64,000 bases of DNA from Microgenomates group bacterium (GTDB lineage: Bacteria; Patescibacteriota; Microgenomatia; Daviesbacterales; UBA10151): assembly GCA_041659805.1 (NCBI GenBank), contig JBAZXP010000001.1, positions 704,589-768,588 on the forward strand. The letters are read 5' to 3'. Position 1 is the stretch's first letter; every line of letters starts with the position of its first letter. The notes beneath the pieces are model-generated. The model worked only from the letters and a program-made list of their open reading frames with translations, ran no database searches and was not told the DNA's origin. The translations under genes were made by a program, and so were the position numbers. This document shows positions 1 to 10,566 of the stretch, one piece after another.

Positions 1-488
1 ACTACTTAATAGGTTATAACGATTATCATCCTCCAGAGCCAATGTTCCTATAAATTTCCCTTTTTCTTTTATAAAACGGTTTCCCTGATTATCTTCATAA
101 TTTTCAAAACCTTCAGGTTTAAGCTGGGCAACTGGATCCAATAAACAAATCATAGTTGCCGGACGTAAATTATTCTTCTCTGTTTCAGTGTGTTTAAACA
201 TAAAGACTAGTTTAACCTAGTATAGGATACTTTAAAAGAATTTTAAATTTTTACTTGGGGTAGTTTTTGCTTAAAGGTTCTTTAAGTATATTTAAAACCG
301 TCAATTATTGACAGAGGTAGTAATAGGCCAATATAATATCTTAAGTTATGAATAAAAGATTTGCATTGCTCCTCAACCTTAACTTACTCCTTAACAAAGG
401 AGTCCTAATGGTGTGGGAGAAAAGATCGTAATTTAAAAGAAATAAATTAATAAAAAATACAAGATCTCCCAGACCAGGGAGATTTTTT

Positions 489-2099
489 TTGGAGAAAAAT
501 ATGTTAGAAAGAAAATCTAGAGACCCAAATCACGTAATAATATTTGATACTACTCTGCGGGATGGTGACCAGTCACCCAGGCCGGAGGGTTTTAAACCAG
601 AGCAGTTTACTGTTCAGGATAAATTGGAAATTGCTGGAATGCTGAATAAATTAGGGGTAAATGTTATTGAAGCAGGATTTCCTAGTTCCTCACCAGCTAA
701 TTTTGAAGCCGTATCAGAAATTGCAAAAACAATCCATGGGCCAACCATAGCTTGTTTATCTGGTGCAGTTTTAGGGGATATTGATAAAAGCTGGAGAGCT
801 ATAGAGCCGGCAAAAGGCGAAGGTGGAGCCCGTTTACATATTGTTTTGGGCACAAGTCCGACGCATATGTTTTATAAGCTGGATATGACCGAGGATGAAG
901 TAGTAGATGCAATCAGAGAATCGGTTAGAAGAGCTAGAGATTATACCGATGACGTGGAATTTTCACCGGAAGATGCTTCTAGGTCTGATTTTAAATTCAT
1001 GATGCGGGCAATCTTAACAGCAGTGGATGCTGGCGCTCGTACAGTCAACATTCCTGATACTGTAGGTTATGCCATGCCTTTGGAATATGCAGATCGATTG
1101 GGACAAGCAAAACAGATAATTGATAATTACATAGGCAAGGATTTGGTTGTTGTCTCAGCTCACTGTCATGATGATCTGGGTTTAGCAACAGCAAATACAT
1201 TGGCTGCAATAGATAAAGGAATAAGACAGGTAGAAGTTACTATTAATGGAATTGGAGAAAGAGCAGGAAATACATCTTTAGAAGAAGTTGTGGAGGCTAT
1301 TCGCTACCGGACTGATTTTTATAGAGCGAACGGTGGTCCTCTTTTTACAACAATCGACTCAGGCTTTTTACAGAAGGCAAGTCAACTAGTGGAAAGACGT
1401 TCAGGATTGGTGGTTCAAAGAAATAAAGCAATTGTCGGACCAAACGCCTTTGCCCATACATCAGGATATCATCAACAGGGAATAGTGCGACACAGAGAAA
1501 CTTATGAATGGATGGATCCAAATGCAGTAGGGCAAGAATCATCTTTTGCAATTAGCGCCCAATCTGGCAGGGCAGGTATAGATAGCAGGGCGAAGCAATT
1601 GGGATTTGACACTAGTGATGTAGAGATTTCCAAAGGAATAAGAACTATGGTAAAAAAATATGCCGACGAAACTGAAAGAGCAGTAACAGATATTGAGCTA
1701 GAACAAATAATAGCTGATTTTAAAGGAGAAACATTAATCAATAAATATGTTTTAGGGGAAATTGAGATGCATGAATTGGATCATGATTCCAGAAGTAGAG
1801 TAGTTATTTTTATAGATGGCGAGCCTCATGAGGTGGAAGAAAAAGGGGATGGTTTAATAGATGCTGCTGTGCGTGCTATAAAGAATGCAACTGGTCTTAA
1901 TATAGATATTGTAAATTGTGTTGGCAGGTCTTTGAGGGAGGGTTCAAATGCACAATTTGGATGTTCTTTAATTGTTAAAAATGAAATTAAAATTACATCC
2001 TACGCAGAAGATGAAAGTGTGCCTTTGTCTGCGATTAAAGCATATGTTACTGCATTAAATACAATAGACCGTAGTGAGCGGAGAAAGAAATGTAAATAA
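489..2099 (+). CDS. leuA: 2-isopropylmalate synthase family protein (LeuA/CimA-like, long form with C-terminal regulatory/dimerisation domain)
   Basis: N-terminal HMGL-like TIM-barrel signature ([14 protein letters not shown] ... [16 protein letters not shown]) and 536 aa length with a C-terminal LeuA-dimer-like domain; recognised from the translated ORF, not searched. Confidence 0.75.
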   Translation: MEKNMLERKSRDPNHVIIFDTTLRDGDQSPRPEGFKPEQFTVQDKLEIAGMLNKLGVNVIEAGFPSSSPANFEAVSEIAKTIHGPTIACLSGAVLGDIDKSWRAIEPAKGEGGARLHIVLGTSPTHMFYKLDMTEDEVVDAIRESVRRARDYTDDVEFSPEDASRSDFKFMMRAILTAVDAGARTVNIPDTVGYAMPLEYADRLGQAKQIIDNYIGKDLVVVSAHCHDDLGLATANTLAAIDKGIRQVEVTINGIGERAGNTSLEEVVEAIRYRTDFYRANGGPLFTTIDSGFLQKASQLVERRSGLVVQRNKAIVGPNAFAHTSGYHQQGIVRHRETYEWMDPNAVGQESSFAISAQSGRAGIDSRAKQLGFDTSDVEISKGIRTMVKKYADETERAVTDIELEQIIADFKGETLINKYVLGEIEMHELDHDSRSRVVIFIDGEPHEVEEKGDGLIDAAVRAIKNATGLNIDIVNCVGRSLREGSNAQFGCSLIVKNEIKITSYAEDESVPLSAIKAYVTALNTIDRSERRKKCK

Positions 2100-2101
2100 A
2101 G

Positions 2102-2173
2102 TGACCCGGGTGGGACTTGAACCCACGACAAAGAGATTAAGAGTCTCCTGCTCTACCACTGAGCTACCGGGCC
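2102..2173 (-). tRNA. tRNA-Lys (anticodon CTT)
   Basis: Reverse complement folds as a cloverleaf: acceptor GGCCCGG/CCGGGTC, D-arm GCTCAGTGGTAGAGC, anticodon loop cuCTTaa, T-arm GTGGGTTCAAGTCCCAC. No encoded CCA. Confidence 0.8.
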
Positions 2174-2186
2174 ATATTTAAGCATG

Positions 2187-2259
2187 TGCGCCTGGAGGGA
2201 CTCGAACCCCCAACCGCCTCGTCCGAAGCGAGGTGCTCTATCCATTGAGCCACAGGCGC
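2187..2259 (-). tRNA. tRNA-Arg (anticodon TCG)
   Basis: Reverse complement: acceptor GCGCCTG/CAGGCGC, anticodon stem CCTCG/CGAGG with loop CTTCGGA, T-arm GGGGGTTCGAGTCCCTC. Confidence 0.8.
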
Positions 2260-2316
2260 ATTTGTTTTTGTAGCGCACTTTATAGTGAAATGGTCAAGAC
2301 TGCTTTAGCATGTCTT

Positions 2317-2338
2317 ATCCATTGAGCCACAGGCGCAA
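2317..2338 (-). repeat. 22-nt partial duplicate of the 5' end of tRNA-Arg(TCG) (tgcgcctgtggctcaatggata)
   Basis: Exact repeat of the first 22 nt of the adjacent tRNA-Arg, about 60 bp upstream of it. Both copies are preceded by 'agcatgt'. Confidence 0.6.
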
Positions 2339-2381
2339 CAAGTGTATTTTACCAATTAATGCTTGAAATTCCTAATGAGAG

Positions 2382-3434
2382 TTGCAATCTCGAGTTAAAT
2401 TAGTTTATATTATCGGGGTGCCTTTGAAACATAAATATAATCAATATATTGTGGCTCCCGGTGGCGGCACCGGTGCTTTCACTTGGTGGTCAGGTGCGTC
2501 CTTATTAAACAATCCTTCAAAAAACACAGCAATTTTCGGTACCTGGGATAGCGGTGGTTCATCTGGAGAGCTTAGAGTAAACGAAGGAATTTTACCCCCT
2601 GGGGATTATATGCAATGTTTGTTGGCTATGATGGAAGATCCTATGCAGCGTCAGGAAGCGATTTTGATCTTAAGAGATAGATCCAGTGGGCATCCGATCG
2701 TAAATTTATTGGGTGCGTATTCTGAAAAACATCATCATGGAATTCAAGGCGGTATCAATGGTTTAAAAACCCTTTTCAGAGTAAAAGGAAATATTTTTCC
2801 TGTTTCACTCACAGATATTCATCTCCTTTCCGAAACAAAGACAGGTAAAAAATATTCTAATGAACATGAAATTGACGAAATTAAAGATGATCCGTCTTTT
2901 AAAGAATTAGATAAAATTTCCCGGATTTATTTTGATGTAAAGCCTGAGGCGAATCCGGATGCTCTTGTAGCTTTCAAAAAAGCAGACAAGATTGTAATTC
3001 CTCCTGGAAGTCCTTATACCAGTATTTTTCCGCATCTTTTAGTTCCCGGTATTGCGAATGCTATTTTAGAATCTAAAGCAAAATTAATTGTAGTTTTAAA
3101 TTTAATGACTACGACTGGCGAAGACCATCATTTAAATTATGCTTCAAATTGGCTTAAGGTTTTTCAGTATTATTTAGGGGATTTTGAATATATTAAAAAA
3201 AATCGCAAAAGCAGAATTCAAAAACTCGTAGTTAATCAGAATCATTTAACCAAAGAAACTTTGGAAATTTATAAACATAAGGGTCAGACACCAATTAAGG
3301 TGGATGAAGTAAGATGTTTGAAGCAAGCACCAGGTATAAAAATTATTTCAAAACAGGTTGCAGATTACGATAAGGATGCAAATTTATTAAGGCATGACCC
3401 GGTTAAGCTGGCTGAGGTTGTTCTTTCGATTTAG
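2382..3434 (+). CDS. YvcK/CofD-family (UPF0052) protein; gluconeogenesis-factor / 2-phospho-L-lactate-transferase-like fold
   Basis: N-terminal P-loop-like motif VAPGGGTGAFTWWSGASLL, matching the GGGTG signature of the CofD/YvcK family. The start codon is uncertain. Confidence 0.55.
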   Translation: MQSRVKLVYIIGVPLKHKYNQYIVAPGGGTGAFTWWSGASLLNNPSKNTAIFGTWDSGGSSGELRVNEGILPPGDYMQCLLAMMEDPMQRQEAILILRDRSSGHPIVNLLGAYSEKHHHGIQGGINGLKTLFRVKGNIFPVSLTDIHLLSETKTGKKYSNEHEIDEIKDDPSFKELDKISRIYFDVKPEANPDALVAFKKADKIVIPPGSPYTSIFPHLLVPGIANAILESKAKLIVVLNLMTTTGEDHHLNYASNWLKVFQYYLGDFEYIKKNRKSRIQKLVVNQNHLTKETLEIYKHKGQTPIKVDEVRCLKQAPGIKIISKQVADYDKDANLLRHDPVKLAEVVLSI

Positions 3435-4074
3435 TTTGTTTTGGAAGCAACCAGATAGCAGAAAAGATCCCCAGAGAAATCCCCAAGAGAGTGCCGCCGA
3501 TAACATCCGAAGTCCAGTGCTCGCCAAGGTAAATTCTTGAGATTGCCATAATTAAAATAAACACAACTAGTCCTGCGAGTATTGGATACTTAACGGAGTT
3601 ACCTGTTTTGTAATAGAAATACAAAAATAAAAATGTTGCCAAAAATGATGTTCTCATCATATGTCCTGAAGGGTAGGAAAAAGCTGACTGTACGTAGTGG
3701 CTGGGAAAATTAAATTCAACAGAACCCCGGTAAAACAAATGCGGGGGCGCTGGATGAAAAACAAACGTTTTCCCGAATAATTCAAAAATATGTCCAATCC
3801 AAAATAACGAAAGCGCGAAAAATGCCATCCAGTGTCGTTTCAAAAAAATGAAAATAGTTAAAGTAAGCCAAATAATTCCGGTAATCTCCGCTGATCCGAC
3901 CAATGAAAGAATTGTAAACGGTAAATCAAACTTTCTTGAAATATGGTCCTGAAATTTGGTTGTAAGGTCGAAATCCAGTTGAGTAAACCTTTCTCTGGCC
4001 ACATAGTTTGAGAATATAACAAAAACTAAGAATATTGTTGCGGAAATGAGCAGGAAGGGAATTTTCTTAGACAC
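3403..4074 (-). CDS. PAP2-family membrane phosphatase (undecaprenyl-/phosphatidate-phosphatase-like)
   Basis: Polytopic membrane protein with the PAP2 motifs PSGH (YPSGHMMRTSF) and SRxxxxxHxxxD (SRIYLGEHWTSDVIGG). Confidence 0.7.
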   Translation of the reverse strand: MSKKIPFLLISATIFLVFVIFSNYVARERFTQLDFDLTTKFQDHISRKFDLPFTILSLVGSAEITGIIWLTLTIFIFLKRHWMAFFALSLFWIGHIFELFGKTFVFHPAPPHLFYRGSVEFNFPSHYVQSAFSYPSGHMMRTSFLATFLFLYFYYKTGNSVKYPILAGLVVFILIMAISRIYLGEHWTSDVIGGTLLGISLGIFSAIWLLPKQTKSKEQPQPA

Positions 4075-4127
4075 ATATAAATTGTACCAGAAATTTGAAA
4101 AAAAGTACCCTTTGAGATATTATTCCT

Positions 4128-4541
4128 GTGATGAAATCAATTGAAGTCGGTAAAGGAAAAACACGCATAAATGTAAACGGTGCTGACGGGACCAGCTATT
4201 ATATTAGCGTTAAAAATGAAGCTGCTTTAAGAAAACTTCGTGCTGCCGAAAGGGCACATACTTTTTTTACCGGAAATTGCGAACAAATCGTAAGGTTAAT
4301 GAGTGGTAATGAGGGTGACGAGTCTGATTTAATCAAAAACAATGAGTTTACAGGTATGGTAAACGAATTACGCAGGGCTCGAGTTGGTAAAAAGAAATTT
4401 TTGCATTCTCTTAGTCAGTGGGTAGAAAATAGTCCAAGTAGCCCAGCACTCGAGATAGGACGAGATTTTGCTAGGAGATATACTAATTTTGTTTACGAAG
4501 AAGTTAAAAGGTTGGGTATAGAAGCTAAGACTAAGAAATAA
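4128..4541 (+). CDS. hypothetical protein (137 aa)
   Basis: Intact ORF in an intergenic gap, with no recognisable motif. Confidence 0.35.
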   Translation: MMKSIEVGKGKTRINVNGADGTSYYISVKNEAALRKLRAAERAHTFFTGNCEQIVRLMSGNEGDESDLIKNNEFTGMVNELRRARVGKKKFLHSLSQWVENSPSSPALEIGRDFARRYTNFVYEEVKRLGIEAKTKK

Positions 4542-5478
4542 GTATTTTTAAGACTTCTTGAGCAGAATTTGTTTTCATCAATTTTACTCTTAGTTGTTTT
4601 GCTTCAGGGAAACCTGAGATATAAGCCTTATAAAACTTTTTTAGGATGTCGTAATTTTTATTTTTTCCCCAGGTTTTATCAAAAAGCTTAATATGATTTA
4701 TTAAGGCCTTTATTCTCATCCCAGGAGTTATGTCGCTTTCATTAATTTTAGGATTAAATACCCATAAATTATTAAAAATTCCGCGTCCAATCATCACTCC
4801 GTCAACTCCATATTTTTTTGCATAATCATGCGCCTGTTTTAGGCTCGTTACATCTCCATTTCCAATTATTTTTGTTTTTGGATTGATTTTATCCCTCAGT
4901 TTGACACATTTGGCAATTTCATCCCAATGAGCAGGCACTTTTGACAACTCTTTTACTGTCCTTCCGTGTATAGTGAGTGCATCAAGATTAAGCGTTAATA
5001 AAAAACTGATCCACTCTTCTGTTGTAATAGACCTAAGTCCGATTCTGGTTTTAACGCTGATCGGTAACTTGGGAGCTCCTTTTTTGGTTTCATCAACAAT
5101 TTGTTTGGCTAAAATATTATTTAATATTAAGCCTCCACCGGCACCTTTTTTAACTACATTTTTATCCGGACAGCCCATATTTATATCAATTCCGTCAAAG
5201 CCCATTTTGGAAATCATTTTTGCAACAGTATAAAATTTTTCTGGGTCATTACCCCAAATTTGGGCAATTAAAGGCTTTTCTTTTTTTGAAAATTTAAAAC
5301 GGGGAATGATTTTTTCATAGCCTTCAGATGTAAGCCCGTCAATGGACGCAAACTCAGTAAAAAAGATATCCGGTTTGCCGTATTTTGCCACGATTTGTCT
5401 AAAAACTGTGTCAGTCACGTCCTCCATTGGAGCAAGGGCAGTAAAAGGCTTTTGTAAAGTGTGCCAAATATTCTTCAT
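4531..5478 (-). CDS. dus: tRNA-dihydrouridine synthase (Dus family)
   Basis: N-terminal LAPMEDVTDTVFRQ, matching the Dus FMN-binding TIM-barrel signature; 315 aa. Confidence 0.8.
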   Translation of the reverse strand: MKNIWHTLQKPFTALAPMEDVTDTVFRQIVAKYGKPDIFFTEFASIDGLTSEGYEKIIPRFKFSKKEKPLIAQIWGNDPEKFYTVAKMISKMGFDGIDINMGCPDKNVVKKGAGGGLILNNILAKQIVDETKKGAPKLPISVKTRIGLRSITTEEWISFLLTLNLDALTIHGRTVKELSKVPAHWDEIAKCVKLRDKINPKTKIIGNGDVTSLKQAHDYAKKYGVDGVMIGRGIFNNLWVFNPKINESDITPGMRIKALINHIKLFDKTWGKNKNYDILKKFYKAYISGFPEAKQLRVKLMKTNSAQEVLKILIS

Positions 5479-5526
5479 AATCTAAGTATTATACTTGAAA
5501 GTAGTTGATTTCGCAGAAAAAAGGCA

Positions 5527-5556
5527 TGAAAAAAGCCCCTTTCGGAGCCTTTTTCC
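5527..5556 (-). terminator. Rho-independent terminator downstream of purA (minus-strand reading)
   Basis: On the minus strand, GGCUCC-GAAA-GGGGCU forms a G-U-containing hairpin followed by UUUUUU, about 100 nt after the purA stop. Confidence 0.45.
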
Positions 5557-5661
5557 CAATTTGTAAACCTTACGGAAAACAAAAAGACTTATTAACCTTA
5601 CGGTTATTAAGTTTGTATATAATACACTAGTTTTTATACTTTGTCAACAACTAGTTTGAAT

Positions 5662-7029
5662 TCACTGAATTTTGATACTTTGGTTTCTTTGGGGACCTGT
5701 TGTGATCATGGTAATTTTAGTTCCTAAATTTGCTTCCATAAAATCCAGATATGCTTTAGCTTCTTTTGGTAGTTCCTTGTAATTTCTGGCTGCTTGAATA
5801 GCATTTCTATTCCAGGTAGGTAGTTCGATATATTCAGGTGTTACCTGGTTTAAGAATTCCTGGCTGGGTCTATAATCAACTTCTTCTCTGCCTAATCTAT
5901 AAGAGGTGCAAATTTTTATCGGAAGATCGGGGTATACGCAATCCATATGAGTAAGGATTAAAGAGTTAATATTACCTGCACTAGTAAAGACACGGAGCGC
6001 AGGTAAATCAATATGAGCGATACGCCTGATTCTTTTTGTGGTTGCACCGAATTCTTTATGGTCTTCTCTTATTCTGGTATCCCATTTTTCTTCCATCATT
6101 GTGGGTAAATTTCTATTACCGACGCTACTCATATAAGTGGCCTTAATTACAGCCGCTCTAAGTTCAATTTGATTAGGGTCAACAATACCTTCTGTTGAGG
6201 AACGGATACCTTCAAAAGTTGTGTCTGAGGCAGTAACATCAGGGTACACTCCGTAGCGATGATCCAGCCCGATTGCCTGAGCTTTTTCAAAAATAAAAAC
6301 ATTATTTTCATCCTGCCAATCTTTTTTTAGATAAGAATTAACGTCTGAAGTTAATGGTTTTAGCGTTTTACCCTGTGCCATTAATTTCTCAACAAAATTA
6401 TATTTACCTCCCACTGTGTATAATTCCTCGTGGCATAATAGTGGAACTTTTGTTTGTTCTAATTTAAATCCCATGCCATCTAGCAATGCTTGATATAATT
6501 CGTAATGTTCAATGATTTTTTTAGCATTAAAATCGGTAATATCCTTCATTCGTAGAGGATGTCGCAGCAATATATCTGCATAAGCAGGACCAATTCCCCG
6601 TCCTGTTGCGCCATTACCGCCCGATTGCCAGTCTTTTAAAGCCGCCTCATAGGCTCTGTGAGTATCTAGCGCCAGAAAACTCATTTCATCAATAATAATT
6701 TCAGCCGCATTTCCCGGTCCTGCAGTTTCATTAACTTCATATATTTCAGTTAATAAATCTGCCGGATGAATGACCATATCTTTGCCTAAGATTACTTTTG
6801 CTGATGAACATAACATTCCTGATGGTAAAAGATGCATGGCAATTCGTCTTCCATCATCTAATTCCACAGTATGTCCCGCATTCGCGCCGCCATTATCCCG
6901 ATAAACTATAACAGGATGTCCATTAGAGGAGTAAGTATTTACGTATTCATCGACAATTCTGCCTTTGCCTTCGTCACCAAAAGCACCACCGCAAAATGCA
7001 AATGAGTTAGGTCTAATTTCTTTTTTCAT
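5662..7029 (-). CDS. purA: adenylosuccinate synthetase
   Basis: P-loop signature GGAFGDEGKGRIVD near the N-terminus; 455 aa. Confidence 0.8.
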   Translation of the reverse strand: MKKEIRPNSFAFCGGAFGDEGKGRIVDEYVNTYSSNGHPVIVYRDNGGANAGHTVELDDGRRIAMHLLPSGMLCSSAKVILGKDMVIHPADLLTEIYEVNETAGPGNAAEIIIDEMSFLALDTHRAYEAALKDWQSGGNGATGRGIGPAYADILLRHPLRMKDITDFNAKKIIEHYELYQALLDGMGFKLEQTKVPLLCHEELYTVGGKYNFVEKLMAQGKTLKPLTSDVNSYLKKDWQDENNVFIFEKAQAIGLDHRYGVYPDVTASDTTFEGIRSSTEGIVDPNQIELRAAVIKATYMSSVGNRNLPTMMEEKWDTRIREDHKEFGATTKRIRRIAHIDLPALRVFTSAGNINSLILTHMDCVYPDLPIKICTSYRLGREEVDYRPSQEFLNQVTPEYIELPTWNRNAIQAARNYKELPKEAKAYLDFMEANLGTKITMITTGPQRNQSIKIQ

Positions 7030-7292
7030 TAATAGCCCAGAAGAACTATAGTAGGAAAATAAAGCATTGTCAATTCCTCTTTTGATTAATTTGACAAAAC
7101 ATTTATTGTTTTGCTATAAGTTAATAATCTTACAAAAATGCCTAGACAAGAAACAGGTATATCAACAAGTATAGTAGCTTTTAAAATTGGTCCTAAGCAT
7201 ACTTCAGGCCGCGAGGAATGATTTCTTTTATTTAGTAAGGGTGTAGAAGAAGGTCAAGGTAGAGGTTTTCATAGGGACGGAATCGGTTCTCC

Positions 7293-7643
7293 ATGGATGT
7301 GCAGGCACTTTATCGGCCAAGGTCAAGAGTAGAATGGAGAGAATATGGTAAAAATCAGGTGGAGATATACCTACAAAGAAATGTTTATGCTTATACTATG
7401 ATTGGTATTGATAAAGACGGGGATATTATTGCGTCTGCTGCAGGTGGTTTGGTTGGAAGAGTTGGGCAAACTCTTGAGGGTATGGCACAAAACATGATTA
7501 GTAGTGGAGCACAGAATGTATTGTTGATGGGTGAAGGAAACGATGTGTTTCAAAAAATAAATGGTAAATATACAGTAGAACCAAGAAGAGGACGTCTTAG
7601 AGCAGTATTCATTTTTAGCAACACAAAAATAAGGCTAATATAA
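7293..7643 (+). pseudogene. short ORF (116 aa), possibly a 3' fragment of a larger gene
   Basis: An in-frame stop lies 6 codons upstream of the ATG. The internal segment GGLVGRVGQTLEGMAQNMISSGAQNVLLMGEGNDV resembles the C-terminal region of DUF2233/phosphodiester-glycosidase-like proteins, but with the GGGS-type motif degenerated. This is weak evidence. Confidence 0.25.
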
Positions 7644-7750
7644 TTTATTGATTATATTATTCGATCTCCCGTGGTGCTTGTTGAGGGTATAATGGTTCGC
7701 TCACTGAGTTTGGCCACCAATGTGTTTTCTGTACAAATTTTACTCTATCA

Positions 7751-8428
7751 TCACCGGGGGGTCCCATCCTTAGGGTAAGCAAGACTGGCTAAAACAAATG
7801 TTTTTTGACCAGGTAAAATTAGTGGGAAATGGAGAATGAGACATTCTGTCCTTTTAGGTGGTTCATAAACCTGTTTTAAAGCTATTTCAGTTGCTCCTAA
7901 TCTGTATAGTTCCAAACAATGAGAAAATGGGTTGTCTGCAAACTGATTATTGTCCTTAATAACTTCTCCTGCTGCGCATCTTCCAGCAATATGGTTTGCA
8001 TTCCAGGCAGCAGATGTTGTTGGATCCATATCTTCGTTTTGATCTGGTGCCATACGTGGGCGCCAACCTGCACCTATATCTGAACGACTAGCTGCTTCTA
8101 AAGCTGCAAAAAAAGCTTTATCAGAAGCTACACTAAAAGCTGCATCTCTGGCGCCTGATCTTCCTCTTTTTGAAGCTTCTTTGTAAGAAGCGCCATAGGC
8201 ATCTTCAAAGTTAGCATAATCTCTTAAAGATTTATTTATTTTTTGAGCAAGTTCATTAATATTTGGCAAAATAGTGTCAATTTCTGCAAGGGTTCTTGGT
8301 TTAAACCATAATTTTTTTTCAGTTATTTCATTTAAAGTGGTTAAAACCTTTAGTACCCCTTCTTGGCAAACAGGTGGGAGGGTTAAGCAATCGTTTGGCA
8401 GTGTAGGTTCTATGTCTAATTTACTCAT
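7751..8428 (-). CDS. hypothetical protein (225 aa, Ala/Arg-rich central region)
   Basis: Long ORF with no recognised motif. Confidence 0.35.
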   Translation of the reverse strand: MSKLDIEPTLPNDCLTLPPVCQEGVLKVLTTLNEITEKKLWFKPRTLAEIDTILPNINELAQKINKSLRDYANFEDAYGASYKEASKRGRSGARDAAFSVASDKAFFAALEAASRSDIGAGWRPRMAPDQNEDMDPTTSAAWNANHIAGRCAAGEVIKDNNQFADNPFSHCLELYRLGATEIALKQVYEPPKRTECLILHFPLILPGQKTFVLASLAYPKDGTPR

Positions 8429-8614
8429 AAAATATTTTTTATGCAGAACAGATATGTTGTAATTATATGGGTAATTTTGTGTTTGTCAACTTTGTTGAGA
8501 TTTTATGAATTTGGGATGTCATATATATAATTGTCAATATGAAAAAGGGTTCCAAATTGATTTTGGTGGTTCGTAGAGGGAATATTGTCCGTTCTCCTGT
8601 TGCGGAATTTGTTT

Positions 8615-9349
8615 TTAATGAGGAAATAATTTTCTTATTGATTCATCGCTTGAATACTGGAGGCAAATCAATAACCTGAATAGCTGCGTTTCAAGGGTGC
8701 CAAAATAAGTATGGTGTAAATTTTCACCATACTTTTCTTCTAAAGAAGTATATACTTTTTCATAAGGTTCCCAGCTGGGAGAGTTTGCACTTATCCCCAT
8801 TGCCTCAACAGATTTTCGGCTATAATAGTACGCCCCTGTTTCAGCTAACCATAATGGCAAAGAATCATCCATATATAAATGAGAAATTTCATGTGATGCA
8901 ATCATAAGACAAATAGCATCTGCAGAATATTTTTGTGCACTTTCAATGCCTTGATGCCTGTTTATCAACAACTCCTGATTCTCTTCCGGTAGTTGAGACC
9001 ATGCGTCAGGCCAGTAAAGAGGAAAGAGTCTTTGCCTGCCTACTGGGATCATTTCTGAATAAGTACTATTAATTTTCGGTGTTTGAATTTCCCGGATTTC
9101 ATGACTTTGCTGTATAACTTTATCATAAGAGTTTTGGTCGAGCAGTATAAATTTTGAGGTGATTGTCTCATCCTTTAAAGGTCTTTTAATATACCTTCCG
9201 TTGAGATCCAAAATCTGCTGGTGACTTTGTCTTAGTATACAGTTTAGTCTTGATCTGTCTGATGGGGTTGTAACAGTTCTAGAAGTTTCTCTTGCCTGAG
9301 CTATAAGTTCTTTGAGGGCAATTGTTTTTTGCAATGATTGTTCGTTCAT
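8615..9349 (-). CDS. hypothetical protein with HExxH motif (possible zinc metallopeptidase-like)
   Basis: Single HEISH motif (ASHEISHLYMDD). The family was not recognised. Confidence 0.35.
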   Translation of the reverse strand: MNEQSLQKTIALKELIAQARETSRTVTTPSDRSRLNCILRQSHQQILDLNGRYIKRPLKDETITSKFILLDQNSYDKVIQQSHEIREIQTPKINSTYSEMIPVGRQRLFPLYWPDAWSQLPEENQELLINRHQGIESAQKYSADAICLMIASHEISHLYMDDSLPLWLAETGAYYYSRKSVEAMGISANSPSWEPYEKVYTSLEEKYGENLHHTYFGTLETQLFRLLICLQYSSDESIRKLFPH

Positions 9350-9556
9350 AAACAGTGATTATACCTGTTTAGCCAGAACTAGTCAAACTATAGGGTTTTA
9401 GGATAGTTGAGAGGATTCTAAGCAGAAATTACAGTAAAATACAAACTATAGGTTCTTTTTAGTGATTGACGGGATTAAGAATATCTTTTGCCTTCCAAGA
9501 ATAGATCTATCCTATAGTTTGCTATTTGAGCTCAAAAAAGGTATAATACGCAGGTT

Positions 9557-10354
9557 ATGAAAGGTATTGAACTTGCAACAGGAGAAATTAATTCAGAAAC
9601 AAAAACCTTAGAAAAAGGGCTTCATTTTCATGGTTTTAGCTATGTTCCAGAAGAAAGAATAGCTTCCAGTGAATGGGTTAGTTGTAGACTCAGTAAAACA
9701 CAGGGTTCTATTTTGGAAATTTTACTAAAAAGTCCTGGTAATTTTGTTGCCAGAAATAACATTCTTGAGCAGATGCATAAAACTGCTCCTGAGTTTACTG
9801 ATATTTCCAATGCGCTAAGAAGCCATGTTTTCAGGTTAAGAGGAAGAATTGAGGAGCTATATGGCTTAAAAGGTGATATTCATCAGGATATTCCCGTAAT
9901 CATTGAGTTTCATAAAAAGCTTGGCTATAGGATGGTAGAATCTGGGGAGTCAACAATTCCTGAGCATAGTGAAGGAATTTTCTCGTTTGTTGAACGCTCT
10001 GAAATCAAAAGTCCCTTGGTGGTAGTTTCAGGTTTGCTTCACGATTATGAAAAACAGGCTGCTTTTGTAGAATATGATAATAATGCTTTTGCCAAGGCAA
10101 AACTTGGCCCAACTTTAAATTTAATCCTGACCAAACTTATGGAGACACCTGAAAGTTATATATCTTACCAAAGTTTTTATGATAATGGATTTGAAACAAG
10201 AAAACAGTTAGGTGATCAAGTAAAATTACTTAGAAAAAGATTAATAGATTTATATATTTATGCAAAAAAAGACCCTTCAGAACTTCCTTTGCCAAAAGCT
10301 TCAAAAGAATATGGTCACACTTTAACCTTAAAGCATAAGCTTGGGAAAAAGTAA
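9557..10354 (+). CDS. putative DNA-binding protein with two OmpR/PhoB-type winged-helix-like segments
   Basis: Two segments resemble trans_reg_C winged helices: ...SILEILLKSPGNFVARNNILEQM...RSHVFRLRGRI... and ...YISYQSF...GDQVKLLRKRLIDLYI... There is no receiver domain. Confidence 0.45.
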   Translation: MKGIELATGEINSETKTLEKGLHFHGFSYVPEERIASSEWVSCRLSKTQGSILEILLKSPGNFVARNNILEQMHKTAPEFTDISNALRSHVFRLRGRIEELYGLKGDIHQDIPVIIEFHKKLGYRMVESGESTIPEHSEGIFSFVERSEIKSPLVVVSGLLHDYEKQAAFVEYDNNAFAKAKLGPTLNLILTKLMETPESYISYQSFYDNGFETRKQLGDQVKLLRKRLIDLYIYAKKDPSELPLPKASKEYGHTLTLKHKLGKK

Positions 10355-10362
10355 TCCTGTTC

Positions 10363-10437
10363 GGGGTGATCGACGGGATTCGAACCCGCAACCACTGGTA
10401 CCACAAACCAGGGCTCTACCATTGAGCTACGACCACC
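10363..10437 (-). tRNA. tRNA-His (anticodon GTG) with encoded G-1
   Basis: Reverse complement: G-1 plus acceptor GTGGTCG/CGATCAC, anticodon stem CTGGT/ACCAG with loop TTGTGGT, T-arm GCGGGTTCGAATCCCGT. Confidence 0.8.
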
Positions 10438-10470
10438 ATACTTCGTATTTTACCAGATTAATAAGAAAAA

Positions 10471-10491
10471 GGCTCCTTTCGGAGCCTTTTT
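10471..10491. terminator. bidirectional intrinsic terminator hairpin (GGCTCC-TTTC-GGAGCC followed by a T-run)
   Basis: Perfect 6-bp GC-rich stem with a tetraloop, flanked by A-runs and T-runs on both sides. It sits between the tRNA-His gene and the convergent GH gene. Confidence 0.5.
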
Positions 10492-10566
10492 CAAAAACAC
10501 ACTTAAAAACCAAAAGGTTAATAAGTAATTTAAATATATGACACTGATTTTTTTCTGTCAAGAATC

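Noticed and set aside
10341-10541. 66-aa plus-strand ORF from the six-frame track
   Set aside because: It is the antisense reading of tRNA-His plus the terminator hairpin, not a gene.
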